A stretch of 46,366 nt of DNA from Gaiellales bacterium (GTDB lineage: Bacteria > Actinomycetota > Thermoleophilia > Gaiellales > JAICJC01): contig DASXZF010000272.1 in the NCBI GenBank assembly GCA_036502065.1, positions 1-46,366 of the forward strand. The letters are read 5' to 3'. Under the pieces are notes generated by a model, which saw only the letters and a program-made list of their open reading frames with translations, was not told the origin of the DNA and did no database searches. The translations under genes and the position numbers were made by a program. Shown piece after piece: positions 1 to 8,640 of this stretch (position 1 is the stretch's first letter; each line of letters begins with the position of its first letter).

Positions 1-219
1 GGCAACCGCTGCAGCGGCAGCGGTGCCGACGACGCCCGCGACCGACCAGCGGCGTGACCATCTGCGTGAGCGGCGTGGCGCTCGCCCGGTGCGGTGGGGC
101 GATTCGGGATCCACGACCGCGGCCTGGACGGATGGGGCGACGAGGCTGGGCGGGACGTCGAGGAGCGGCGGGAGCGTGCGCAGCCTGCGCTCGAGCGCTT
201 CCAGGTCGGGATCGTTCAT
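1..219 (-). CDS. putative anti-sigma factor, N-terminal part (gene runs off the left edge of the window)
   Basis: The ATG at 219..217 overlaps the TGA of the upstream ECF sigma gene (ATGA at 216-219). My translation MNDPDLEALERRLRTLPPLLDVPPS...RWSVAGVVGTAAAAAVA stays open to position 1 and ends in a hydrophobic stretch. The position directly after an ECF sigma gene is typical for its anti-sigma factor. Confidence 0.4.
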   Translation of the reverse strand, partial: MNDPDLEALERRLRTLPPLLDVPPSLVAPSVQAAVVDPESPHRTGRAPRRSRRWSRRWSVAGVVGTAAAAAVA

Positions 220-833
220 GCCTCCTCCTCCCGTTCCATGATCTCGGCGAGATGCAGCAACGCGGCGCGGTTTCGCGTCTTCACCGTCCCCAGGGGCATC
301 TGCAGCTCGGTCGCGATCTCGCTCTGCGACATCCCCTTGAGGTAGGCGAGCTCGACGATCTCGCGTTCATTCTGCGGCAGGCGCTCGATGCACACGTGGA
401 GGTGAAAGGCCTCCAGCTTCGTCGCCGTCTGATCCTCGGGCGTGGGCGACGGGTCGGGGCGCTCGGGTGCATCGACGAGCCACTGGGCCTGGCGGCGGCG
501 GGCGGCGGCGTATCCGGCGTTTCGCGCGATCGTGTAGAGCCAGCCGGTCACCGCGCCGCGCTCGGGGCGGTAGGTGCGCGCGAACCGCCATACCGAGATG
601 AAGGCTTCCTGGACGACATCGTCGGCCCACCCCGCGTCGCCAAGCTGCCTGACCATCAACGAGTAGACGGATCGTGCGTAGCGGCTGAAGAACTCCTCAA
701 ACGCGACCTGGTCGCGCTCATCGGCGACAAGCGCCAGGAGATCCGCGTCCGAGAGTCGGGTGTAGTCCCACAAAGATCGAGGCCGCTCGGCGGGCAGCCG
801 GGCCGGCGAGGTGTGGTGAAAGGCGAGAGCCAC
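216..833 (-). CDS. ECF-type RNA polymerase sigma-70 family factor
   Basis: This is the C-terminal 205 aa of the 216..1514 ORF. Region 2 reads DDVVQEAFISVWRFARTYRPERGAVTGWLYTIARN and region 4 HTH reads LPQNEREIVELAYLKGMSQSEIATELQMPLGTVKTRNRAAL. The GTG at 833 is preceded by AGGAGGGG with a 6-nt spacer. The upstream part of the long ORF is Arg/Pro-rich shadow sequence. Confidence 0.85.
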   Translation of the reverse strand: MALAFHHTSPARLPAERPRSLWDYTRLSDADLLALVADERDQVAFEEFFSRYARSVYSLMVRQLGDAGWADDVVQEAFISVWRFARTYRPERGAVTGWLYTIARNAGYAAARRRQAQWLVDAPERPDPSPTPEDQTATKLEAFHLHVCIERLPQNEREIVELAYLKGMSQSEIATELQMPLGTVKTRNRAALLHLAEIMEREEEA

Positions 834-981
834 TCTACCCCTCCTAGCCGACCACACCCCGGATCGGTTTTCCCGGCCCTGCCACCTCCCGAAAACCGGT
901 TCGCCGCCCACGCCGCTATCAGCCCGAAACGCCCGTAAGAGCTCCACGAGCGATTTGGGCGATCGACAGGAGGAAGCGCGG

Positions 982-1608
982 ATGATTCGAACAGGAGACT
1001 CGATCGCAAACCCCGTCACCGGCGAGACGGTGACCTTCCGGCAAACAGCGGCGGATTCCGACGGCGAGGTCGTGATCGCCGAGGTCACGCTCGAGCCCTG
1101 GGGCTCGGTCGCCGGCGTGCACGTCCATCCGAACCAGATCGAGACGTTCCGTGTCAACGCCGGCGCCGTGGGATTCCGCGTCGGTCGCGCTCGACGCGTC
1201 GCAACGTCGGGCGAGACCGTGGTCGTGGAGGCCGGCACGGCCCACACGTTCTGGAACGCCGGCGAAGGGCAGGCCCGGTTTCTGTGTGAGATCCGACCCG
1301 CCCTTGGCTTCGAGCGCCTGCTGGAGACGATGTTCGCGCTTGCCCGGGACGGCAAGACCAACCGCCGAGGCGTGCCGCACCCGCTTCGCCTGGCCGCCAT
1401 CGCCGACCACCACCGCGACGACATCCAGCTCCCCGTCGTCCCCGTCCCGTTGCAGCGGGTGGCCGCGAAGCTCGGCGCAACCGCCGCCTGGACCCTGGCC
1501 GAGTTCGGCCCCACCTACGACGGCCCCGGCCCGGCAGTTCACACCAGCGTCGCCCGGCCGGCTCCGGCCACTCTCCGCACCATCCACCCACAGAGGACAG
1601 CATCATGA
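982..1608 (+). CDS. cupin domain protein
   Basis: The ATG at 982 is preceded by GGAGGAAG. Cupin-like motifs are GVHVHPNQIETFRV and ETVVVEAGTAHTFWNAG. The stop overlaps the start of the Rieske gene (ATGA at 1605-1608). Confidence 0.7.
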   Translation: MIRTGDSIANPVTGETVTFRQTAADSDGEVVIAEVTLEPWGSVAGVHVHPNQIETFRVNAGAVGFRVGRARRVATSGETVVVEAGTAHTFWNAGEGQARFLCEIRPALGFERLLETMFALARDGKTNRRGVPHPLRLAAIADHHRDDIQLPVVPVPLQRVAAKLGATAAWTLAEFGPTYDGPGPAVHTSVARPAPATLRTIHPQRTAS

Positions 1609-2255
1609 CCAACCAGGAACACAGGAACACGACCACCCGGCGCGGCCTGCTCGGCGTCGCCACCGTCGGGCTGGGGGCCACCATCGGCGGCGTCATCGCC
1701 ACCCCGGTCGCCGCCTACATGCTCGCACCCGCAACCCAGGAGGCGACATTCACCCCGGTTGCGCTGGGCGCCGTCGGTGCCTTCACATCCGAGACAGGGT
1801 TCGCGCCGACCGCGGCCCCATACGTCGAGGATCCGACCCAGCCGGCCGTGTCAAGCGGCCTGGCCTACGTCCACTTCACCGGCGGCGCCGACCGCGACTG
1901 GCTCGCACCGCACGCGATGTTCGTCGTCTTCTCGAACCGCTGCACCCACGTCGGCTGTCCCGCACAGGCCACCTCCGGCGGCTTCGCCTGTCCGTGTCAC
2001 GGAAGCGTCTTCGACGAGCGCGGCGCACGCACGGCAGGGCCCGCCATCCGGCCTCTCGACCGGTTCCAGTGGGAGATCCGAAACGACGACCGGCTGTGGA
2101 TCACACACCGCTGGAGCGTCCTGCTCGACGGCGACCGAGCGCGCTACTACCCGGTCAAAGCGCCGGGCCAGCCGCTCACCGGGCAACTCCCCGCAGCCGA
2201 CGCCCTCTACCCTGCCGTCACCTACAACCACGGGCCCGACCCCACGCAGCGGTAG
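1605..2255 (+). CDS. Rieske [2Fe-2S] protein with twin-arginine (Tat) signal
   Basis: The N-terminal TRRGLLGVATVGLGA is a Tat motif plus hydrophobic region. Both Rieske cluster boxes are present: CTHVGC and CPCHGS. Confidence 0.85.
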   Translation: MTNQEHRNTTTRRGLLGVATVGLGATIGGVIATPVAAYMLAPATQEATFTPVALGAVGAFTSETGFAPTAAPYVEDPTQPAVSSGLAYVHFTGGADRDWLAPHAMFVVFSNRCTHVGCPAQATSGGFACPCHGSVFDERGARTAGPAIRPLDRFQWEIRNDDRLWITHRWSVLLDGDRARYYPVKAPGQPLTGQLPAADALYPAVTYNHGPDPTQR

Positions 2256-2275
2256 CCCGCAGCCCCGTTTGACGG

Positions 2276-2680
2276 CTACTCGTCAGTCCACCAGTCGCGC
2301 AGGCCATCGACGTCGTCGCGCGGAGCATCGCCGAGGCTGGGCGCGCCGATCACGAGCATCTCGAGCCCCTCCGGCCCGGCCTCGTAGCCTCGCCACGCAC
2401 CGGGTGGGACGCGCACCGCGTCCCACTCCTTGAGCTGGACGATGTCGTCGTCGACCTTCATCCGCCCGCTCCCGCGCACGACCACGTACACCTCCTCTTG
2501 CGTCCTGTGCGTGTGGCCGTACGGAAAGCGATAGCCGGGAGGGACGCGCTGGTAGGTGAGGCCGGAGTGCTCGAGCTCGAGCGCCTGCGTCGCCGCGCGG
2601 AACTCCAGGTCGGGCGAGCCGTCGAACTTCGAGCCGAAGTCCTCGACGTCGTCCCGGATGTTCCTGTGCGTGAACGGCAC
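2276..2680 (-). CDS. cupin domain protein
   Basis: 134 aa. GYRFPYGHTHRTQEEVYVVVRGSGRMKVDDD...VRVPPGAWRGYEAG is a typical two-motif cupin barrel. Confidence 0.7.
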   Translation of the reverse strand: MPFTHRNIRDDVEDFGSKFDGSPDLEFRAATQALELEHSGLTYQRVPPGYRFPYGHTHRTQEEVYVVVRGSGRMKVDDDIVQLKEWDAVRVPPGAWRGYEAGPEGLEMLVIGAPSLGDAPRDDVDGLRDWWTDE

Positions 2681-2792
2681 GGCGCCGATCCTATGGCACC
2701 GCGCGGGATCCCGATGCTCGTTCTGCTCATGTGCTTCTCCCAGCCGGGGGGTATCGACCAGTCATCATGTGACCGTGGAGGAGGATTCCAAG

Positions 2793-3362
2793 ATGACGGC
2801 GACCCGGCAGATCCTGTTCATCCAGGGTGGCGGCGAAGGCGTGCATGACGAATGGGACGACAAGCTGTTCGACGACCTCAGGCGCGGGCTCGGCGACGGC
2901 CACGACGTCCGCTACCCGCGTATGCCCCGCGAGGATGACCCGAGCTGCGCACGGTGGAGCGCAGCGATCCGGCGCGAGATGGCGGCCTTGAACGAGGGCG
3001 CGCTCGTGGCGGGCCATTCGGTGGGCGGGACGATCATGATCCATGCGATCGCCGAACAGCCGCCCGAGCGGAAGCTTGCCGGGATCGTGCTGATCGCCGC
3101 CCCGTTCGTCGGTGAGGGTGGCTGGCCCGGTGGCGACTTCCGGCTTCCCGGCGACCTCGGCGCGCGGTTGCCGCAAGACGTGCCGGTGCACATCTTCCAT
3201 GGACTCGATGACGAGACCGCCCCGCCGTCGCATGCCGACCTCTATGCCCGCGCGATCCCGCAGGCGCAGGTGCACCGGCTGCCCGGGCGAGACCACCAGC
3301 TGAACAACGACCTGAGCGAAGTGGCGCAGGCGATCGGCCGTTCGAAGGAGGAGTCGAGATGA
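2793..3362 (+). CDS. alpha/beta-fold serine hydrolase (YdeN/RBBP9-like)
   Basis: The ATG at 2793 is preceded by GGAGGAGGA. It has the nucleophile elbow GHSVGG, a late HGLDDETAP, and RDH near the C-terminus. It is about 189 aa. The stop overlaps the next gene's ATG (ATGA at 3359-3362). Confidence 0.7.
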   Translation: MTATRQILFIQGGGEGVHDEWDDKLFDDLRRGLGDGHDVRYPRMPREDDPSCARWSAAIRREMAALNEGALVAGHSVGGTIMIHAIAEQPPERKLAGIVLIAAPFVGEGGWPGGDFRLPGDLGARLPQDVPVHIFHGLDDETAPPSHADLYARAIPQAQVHRLPGRDHQLNNDLSEVAQAIGRSKEESR

Positions 3363-4027
3363 GGTTGCTGCTCACGTCCGGCGGCATCAGGAATGCGAGC
3401 ATCGACAAGGCGCTGGTCGACCTCCTGGGCAAACCGATCGCCGAGTCGAGCGCCCTGTTCATTCCCACCGGGGTGCAGCCGTTCCCCGGCGGTCCCGGCC
3501 ACGTCTATCGGTGCATCACCGGATCAGCCCCGAGCCCCATGTGCGAACTGGGCTGGAAGTCGTTGGGGGTGCTCGAGCTGACCGCTCTGCCCAGCATCAA
3601 GGCAGAGCACTGGATCGCCGCGGTGAAGGAGACCGACGCGCTGCTCGTCTGGGGCGGCAGTCCCCTGTACCTGTGCTACTGGATGCGCGAGTCCGGGCTG
3701 GCCGACCTCCTGCCATCGCTCCGCGAGACGGTCTATGTCGGCGTGAGCGGCGGAAGCATGGTGGCGACTCCCGACTTCGGGGGAGAGACCTACGACGACA
3801 GTGACCCCCTCACCGGCAGCGATCGCGCGCTGGGACTGGTCGATTTCTCGCTGTTTCCGCACCTCGGGCACGAGGACATGCCCGACACGTCTCTGGCCAA
3901 CATCGAACGCTGGGCCGCCCGCCTCTCGGTGCCGGCCTACGCGATCGACGATCAGACCGCCATAAAGGTGGTCGACGGCACAGTCGAGGTCGTCTCCGAG
4001 GGGAACTGGAACCTGTTCAACCCCTAA
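3359..4027 (+). CDS. S51 peptidase E-like / type 1 glutamine amidotransferase-like protein (paralog A)
   Basis: MRLLLTSGGI..., the serine motif GVSGGSM, and DALLVWGGSPLYL; 222 aa. It is a paralog of 6404..7069. Confidence 0.8.
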   Translation: MRLLLTSGGIRNASIDKALVDLLGKPIAESSALFIPTGVQPFPGGPGHVYRCITGSAPSPMCELGWKSLGVLELTALPSIKAEHWIAAVKETDALLVWGGSPLYLCYWMRESGLADLLPSLRETVYVGVSGGSMVATPDFGGETYDDSDPLTGSDRALGLVDFSLFPHLGHEDMPDTSLANIERWAARLSVPAYAIDDQTAIKVVDGTVEVVSEGNWNLFNP

Positions 4028-4476
4028 CGCGCCGCGTAGTCGACCCGCCGGAACGGCCAGTCGGCGGCCAGCCAGTCGCTGACCGCGCGGTGGAGCGGCA
4101 CGTCGAGCTCCGCGTGGTCGGCGCGCACCCACGAATCGACGTGGGCGGCGCCGGGCTCGGGGTCGGGTGCGAGCGGGTAGATGTAGACGCAGCCGATCAC
4201 GTCGTCGCCGCCGCCGCCGAGCACGGTGTAGGTGAAGCCGGTGCGGGCCTGGAAGTCGCGCTGGTGGCGAAGCAGGTCGTCGCGGTTCTGGTCGATCGTC
4301 ATCTCGCGCGGCCACCGGCTGGTGGTGAAGCCGGGCGTTGCGTGGATGTGCTGCATCGACGACGTCCAGGCCGCATAGTCGGCCTCGTTGTGCTGCGGGC
4401 CGAGCGGCTCCAGCCGGAACTGCGGCGTGGTCAGGCCGAGGGGCGGGTCGAACTCGTCTGGCACGAAGCCGGCCAT
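4024..4476 (-). CDS. GNAT-family N-acetyltransferase-like protein
   Basis: 150 aa. LEPLGPQHNEADYAAWTSSMQHIHATPGF...FTYTVL...VIGCVYIYP matches a short actinobacterial GNAT subfamily as I remember it. The 5' end overlaps the upstream MFS gene by 46 nt, so the start is uncertain. Confidence 0.6.
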   Translation of the reverse strand: MAGFVPDEFDPPLGLTTPQFRLEPLGPQHNEADYAAWTSSMQHIHATPGFTTSRWPREMTIDQNRDDLLRHQRDFQARTGFTYTVLGGGGDDVIGCVYIYPLAPDPEPGAAHVDSWVRADHAELDVPLHRAVSDWLAADWPFRRVDYAAR

Positions 4477-5660
4477 CGCCGGGCCAGCCTACCAGCGGAG
4501 GTGAGGGCGACGATTCCGGCGGCGGCCAGGCCGAGCACGCCGGCAATTGCGTAGATCGCCCTCGGCGACAGCACGACCGCGACGACACCACCGAGCAGGA
4601 GCGAGGCGCCCTGGGCGGCCCCGAAGACCGCACTGGCACTGGCGGCCACCCGACCGCGCGCGCTGTCGGGAGTGCGCGCCATGAGCAAGGTGGACAGGCA
4701 GGTTCCGGCGTAGCCGTTCCCCACACCGCCGAGCACCGCGAGGGGAACAAGGATCCCGACGACCGGCGCGACGGCGAAACCGGCCAGCCCGGCACAGGCG
4801 AGGGCTGCCCCGGCGAGCGTGGCGCGCACCTGCCCACGTTCGGTCCCGACGCGGCCGGCCCCGAGCGATCCTGCCACCATCCCCGCCATCCACGACGCCT
4901 CGACCACGCCGTACCAGACGCCTCCGGCGTGGAGTGTTTCGCGGACCAGGTACACGAGCACGACGTCGACCATGCCGACCAGGAGGACGACGAGAGCCAC
5001 CCCGGCGATGAGCGGAGCAAGCACCCGATCGGCCCGGAGGATGGCGAATCCGCCCCGGGCGGCGCTCGACCCCTCGTCGTTCGGAACCCGCTCGGGCACC
5101 CGCCGGGTGCGGACGAGGACGGCGGCGATGGTCACCACCACGAACGTGGCGGCGTCGATGGCCACCGGCACACCCGATCCGAACGCTCCGGCCAGCAGAC
5201 CGCCGGCGGCCGGGGCGCCGACGAGGGCGAGGGCGTTCAGGGATTGCTGAGCCGAGACCGCCTCGGCCAGGTGGTCATCGCCGACGATTCGGGGGACAAG
5301 GACCGACCAGGTGGCCCCGGTCACCGACGCGGCCCCGCCGAGCACGGCGACGAGGAGCACGATCGGTACGACCGAGTGGAGAACGATCAGCGGGATCGCG
5401 GCCGCCACCTCCGCCAGACCACCCACGACAAGAAGCCGCCGGGAGTCGTGGGCGTCCACCAGGCGGCCGACCGGGCGCGCGAGCAACAGCAGCGGGGCGA
5501 CTCCGGCGGTCAGCAGCAAACCCACCTCGAAGGGATGGGCGCCGTCCGCCTGCAGGCGCAGGGTCAGGGCGACGAGTGCCACCCCGTCGCCGAACGTCGA
5601 CACCATGCGCCCCACGAGGGCGATCACGAGGTCGCGGTGCCCTCGATAAATGTTCAGCAT
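4431..5660 (-). CDS. MFS transporter (EntS/MFS_3-like)
   Basis: About 12 hydrophobic helices. The N-terminal YRGHRDLVIALVGRMVSTFGDGVALVALTLRL is typical of this MFS group. The ATG at 5660 was chosen over the longer upstream extension. Confidence 0.85.
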   Translation of the reverse strand: MLNIYRGHRDLVIALVGRMVSTFGDGVALVALTLRLQADGAHPFEVGLLLTAGVAPLLLLARPVGRLVDAHDSRRLLVVGGLAEVAAAIPLIVLHSVVPIVLLVAVLGGAASVTGATWSVLVPRIVGDDHLAEAVSAQQSLNALALVGAPAAGGLLAGAFGSGVPVAIDAATFVVVTIAAVLVRTRRVPERVPNDEGSSAARGGFAILRADRVLAPLIAGVALVVLLVGMVDVVLVYLVRETLHAGGVWYGVVEASWMAGMVAGSLGAGRVGTERGQVRATLAGAALACAGLAGFAVAPVVGILVPLAVLGGVGNGYAGTCLSTLLMARTPDSARGRVAASASAVFGAAQGASLLLGGVVAVVLSPRAIYAIAGVLGLAAAGIVALTSAGRLARRWPASCQTSSTRPSA

Positions 5661-5685
5661 ATATTGAACAGTATTTCCTGAACAT
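5650..5685. promoter_or_regulatory. AT-rich divergent promoter with three TGTTCA/TGAACA half-sites (probable operator of the adjacent ArsR-type regulator)
   Basis: ATGTTCAG (5650-5657), TGAACA (5665-5670) and CTGAACAT (5678-5685); the outer pair is an 8-bp perfect inverted repeat. The sites overlap the MFS start codon region and lie 30 bp upstream of the regulator ATG at 5715. Confidence 0.4.
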
Positions 5686-5714
5686 CTCGCTGTCAAGGAC
5701 TATGCTCCGACTCG

Positions 5715-6302
5715 ATGCCTGCCCGCCAAGTCCCGCCCCGTGACGAGGACACGTTGCGTCTGCAGGATCCGCGGGACATCCGGGCGCTCGCCCATCCCGC
5801 CCGGATGGCAATCATCGACGCCCTCGCGTCGGGGGACGAACTGACGGCGACCGAGTGCGCGACGCTTACCGGGTTGAGCCCGAGCGCAACCGCGTATCAC
5901 CTGAAATTGCTGGAGCGATACAACCTCGCCGAGCCCGCCCCCGCCCGGAAGGACGGACGGGAAAGGCCATGGCGGGCGACCGCCGGAGCGCGGGTCGACC
6001 TCGACCCGTCCACCCCTGCCGGGGCAGCCGCGGCAGCTGCCGTGGGCCTTGCGTTCCTCGACCGCAGCCGGGCGGTGGCGAGGGAGTTCATGGCGACCGT
6101 GCACGAGGAACCCAAGGAGTGGCAGGACGCCACGGCCCTCGCCAACGCCGACCTCTGGCTGACCGCCGAGGAGACCGGAAGGGTGACCACCGCTCTCGCC
6201 GCCGCCCTCGAACCCTACCGGGGCCGAGCCCTCGCCGATCGCCCCGACGGCAGCCGGCGGGTGCGGGTCATGAGTCTGACCGTGCCGCACCGTCGGTCCT
6301 GA
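5715..6302 (+). CDS. ArsR-family winged-helix transcriptional regulator with C-terminal extension
   Basis: The HTH reads LAHPARMAIIDALASGDELTATECATLTGLSPSATAYHLKLLERYNL. It is divergent from the MFS transporter gene. Confidence 0.8.
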   Translation: MPARQVPPRDEDTLRLQDPRDIRALAHPARMAIIDALASGDELTATECATLTGLSPSATAYHLKLLERYNLAEPAPARKDGRERPWRATAGARVDLDPSTPAGAAAAAAVGLAFLDRSRAVAREFMATVHEEPKEWQDATALANADLWLTAEETGRVTTALAAALEPYRGRALADRPDGSRRVRVMSLTVPHRRS

Positions 6303-6403
6303 CCGGGCCGATGGGCAGCCGTCCCCCCAAGGCACGGTCGACCGATGAGATCCGCGCCTCGCTACGGTCATAGCCGGCAGACGAACGACGACCGAAAGGC
6401 AGC

Positions 6404-7069
6404 ATGAAGCTTCTTCTCACGTCCGCCGGCATCAAGAACACGAGCATCCACGACGCGCTGGTCGAGATGCTGGGCAAGCCGATCGCCGAGTGCAGCGCCC
6501 TCTGCATTCCCACCGCGTCGTACGGACACCCCATGGGCGGCCCTGCGGCGGCGTGGCGTTTCATCACCGGCCGAGCCTCCACCCCGCTTTGCGAGCTGGG
6601 CTGGAAGTCGCTCGGCGTGCTCGAGCTCACCGCGCTGCCCAGCATCGATGCGGAGCAGTGGGTGCCCATGGTCAGGGAGACCGACGCCCTGCTGGTCGGA
6701 GGCGGCGATGCCCTCTATCTGAGCCACTGGATGCGCGAGTCAGGACTTGCGGACCTCCTGCCGTCGCTCGAAACGGTCTGGGTGGGGATCAGCGGCGGGA
6801 GCATGGCGATGGCCCCGAACGTCGGGGAGGAGCCCATCATCTGGCAGCCGCCCGGCGGCGGCGACAGAGCGCTCGGAATGGTCGGGTTCTCGATCTTCCC
6901 GCACGTCGATCACCCCGACCTGCCGGACAACTGCATGGCCAACGCCGAGATATGGGCCGCCAAGCTGCCGGTGCCGGGGTACGCGATCGACGACCAGACC
7001 GCCATACGCGTGATCGACGGCACGGTCGACGTCATCTCCGAGGGGCACTGGAAGCTCTTCACCCCCTAG
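6404..7069 (+). CDS. S51 peptidase E-like / type 1 glutamine amidotransferase-like protein (paralog B)
   Basis: MKLLLTSAGI..., GISGGSMA; 221 aa. It is colinear with 3359..4027 and shares identical blocks CELGWKSLGVLELTALPSI, WMRESGLADLLPSL and YAIDDQTAI. Confidence 0.8.
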   Translation: MKLLLTSAGIKNTSIHDALVEMLGKPIAECSALCIPTASYGHPMGGPAAAWRFITGRASTPLCELGWKSLGVLELTALPSIDAEQWVPMVRETDALLVGGGDALYLSHWMRESGLADLLPSLETVWVGISGGSMAMAPNVGEEPIIWQPPGGGDRALGMVGFSIFPHVDHPDLPDNCMANAEIWAAKLPVPGYAIDDQTAIRVIDGTVDVISEGHWKLFTP

Positions 7070-7093
7070 CGGGACGGCCGGCCCGCGGTGGGC

Positions 7094-7744
7094 TCAGTCG
7101 CGCCGGCCGAAGATGGTGAGGAAGAACAGGAACACGTTCAGGATGTCGAGAAAGATCGACGCCGCGAGCACCGGCGCGACGCTGATGTCCTTGGAACGGC
7201 GCAGGCGCTGGAAGTCGATCATCGTGAAGCCCGCGAAGATGATCAGGCCGAGCACCGCCCAGATCAGCTGGCCGTTCGGGATCCGGACGAAGATCGTGAC
7301 GATGCCGAAGATGATCAGGGCGAGCAGCGCGAAGAACAGGAGCCGTGCCAGCTTCGACAGGTCGCGCCGGGTCGCGTATCCGGCGGCTCCGAACCCGGCG
7401 ATGAAGAGCGCGGTCGCGCCGCCCGAGTCCCAGACCGCCCGCGGGTTCGTGGTCACGTAGTAGGCGATGGTGGGTGCCGTCGCGAGGCCGATCACGAGCC
7501 CGAATGTGAACAGGAGGCCGATCGCGAGCTGCTCCGACCGCTGGGCCGCGGCGTTCAGGCCGAACAGGCAGCCGATCGCAACGATGAACCACACCCACCC
7601 GAGCTCGTAGGCCATGTCGCGGCCGAGGTAGGCGCCGAGCGCGAAGAACGCGGTCGTGAGCGCGACGAATCCCATCGTCTGCCCGAACAGGGCGCGCGAC
7701 TCGTCGCGGGCGGTCATCGGGACGGCGGTCGTGTCCGCGAACAC
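7094..7744 (-). CDS. Bax inhibitor-1/YccA family membrane protein
   Basis: It has seven hydrophobic segments and the family-typical C-terminal part IFAGFTMIDFQRLRR...ASIFLDILNVFLFFLTIFG. The start is uncertain: GTG at 7744 or ATG at 7717. Confidence 0.8.
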   Translation of the reverse strand: MFADTTAVPMTARDESRALFGQTMGFVALTTAFFALGAYLGRDMAYELGWVWFIVAIGCLFGLNAAAQRSEQLAIGLLFTFGLVIGLATAPTIAYYVTTNPRAVWDSGGATALFIAGFGAAGYATRRDLSKLARLLFFALLALIIFGIVTIFVRIPNGQLIWAVLGLIIFAGFTMIDFQRLRRSKDISVAPVLAASIFLDILNVFLFFLTIFGRRD

Positions 7745-7867
7745 GCCGCAACGCTACCATCGCGCCGTCGCGTATGGGGCGTCGCCGCCGGGTCGGCGCC
7801 GATGAGTTTCGCGTCGGCCGGCGGTCGGTATCTGAGATCCACCTGACACGCAACGGAGGAGAGGACA

Positions 7868-8614
7868 ATGGCCGCAACGCCCCCGATCGCCGACCGCGAG
7901 ACCTGGCAGGAGCAGATCGACGCGCTCCGCGTCCGCGAGAAGGCGCACACCCGTGAGGGCGACGCGATCGCCGCCGCTCGGCGGCGGCTGGCGATGGTTG
8001 CGGTCGACCCGGCCACGCCGCTCGTCGGACGGGCCGGTGAGGTGCCGTTGATCGACGTCTTCGAGGGGCGTGCGCAGCTCTTCGCGTCGTACATGATGTG
8101 GTACGACGGCGCCCCGGCCGCCCACCAGTGCGAAGGCTGCGCGAAGGACAACGCCCAGGTGCGCGAGCTCTCCTTCCTGAACTCGCGCGACGTGACGTTC
8201 GCGGTCTTCTGCCAGGGGCCGTTTCCGGAGAGCGACCGCTACCGCGAGTTCCTGGGCTGGGAGATGCCGTTCTACTCGGTGCCCAAAACGTCGCGCGACG
8301 CGCTCATCGCCGGGCGCCACTTCGGCATGAACGTCTGCTACCTGCGCGACGGCGACCAGGTCTTCGAGACGTACTGGGCCACCGGCCGCGGCAACGAGAC
8401 GATGGGCAGCTCATACGCGATGCTCGACCAGACCGTCTACGGACGCCAGGAGTCGTGGGAGGACTCACCGGACGGCTGGCCGAAGCTCTTCCTCGGCACG
8501 AGCAGCGAGCAGATGCGCACCGATGAACACGGCCGCTCCGTCGGCCGGCCCGGCGGCCGGCCGATCGTGCAATGGCCGCGGGTGGCCGCCGGCCGCTCCG
8601 ACGACCTCGGCTGA
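7868..8614 (+). CDS. DUF899 thioredoxin-like family protein
   Basis: The layout is family-typical: TWQEQIDALRVREKAHTREGDAIAAARRRL, CEGC, RDVTFAVF and YWATGRGNE. Confidence 0.75.
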   Translation: MAATPPIADRETWQEQIDALRVREKAHTREGDAIAAARRRLAMVAVDPATPLVGRAGEVPLIDVFEGRAQLFASYMMWYDGAPAAHQCEGCAKDNAQVRELSFLNSRDVTFAVFCQGPFPESDRYREFLGWEMPFYSVPKTSRDALIAGRHFGMNVCYLRDGDQVFETYWATGRGNETMGSSYAMLDQTVYGRQESWEDSPDGWPKLFLGTSSEQMRTDEHGRSVGRPGGRPIVQWPRVAAGRSDDLG

Positions 8615-8640
8615 CACCGAGACCGGTCACGAGGCGCGCG

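Noticed and set aside
216-1514. Long N-terminal extensions of several ORFs (e.g. 432-aa 'sigma factor', 523-aa 'SDR', 531-aa 'amidotransferase', 410-aa 'methyltransferase', 412-aa 'STAS')
   Set aside because: The conserved domains occupy only the C-terminal parts. The extensions overlap upstream genes or are low-complexity Arg/Pro sequence. Internal starts with RBS-like sequences or ATGA/TGATG coupling give normal protein sizes, so I trimmed them.
3524-5020. 498-aa minus-strand ORF spanning the S51 peptidase, GNAT and MFS genes
   Set aside because: The translation is Arg/Pro/Ala/Ser-rich low-complexity sequence, typical of off-frame or antisense shadow ORFs in high-GC DNA. The same DNA encodes recognisable S51 peptidase, GNAT and MFS proteins in other frames.
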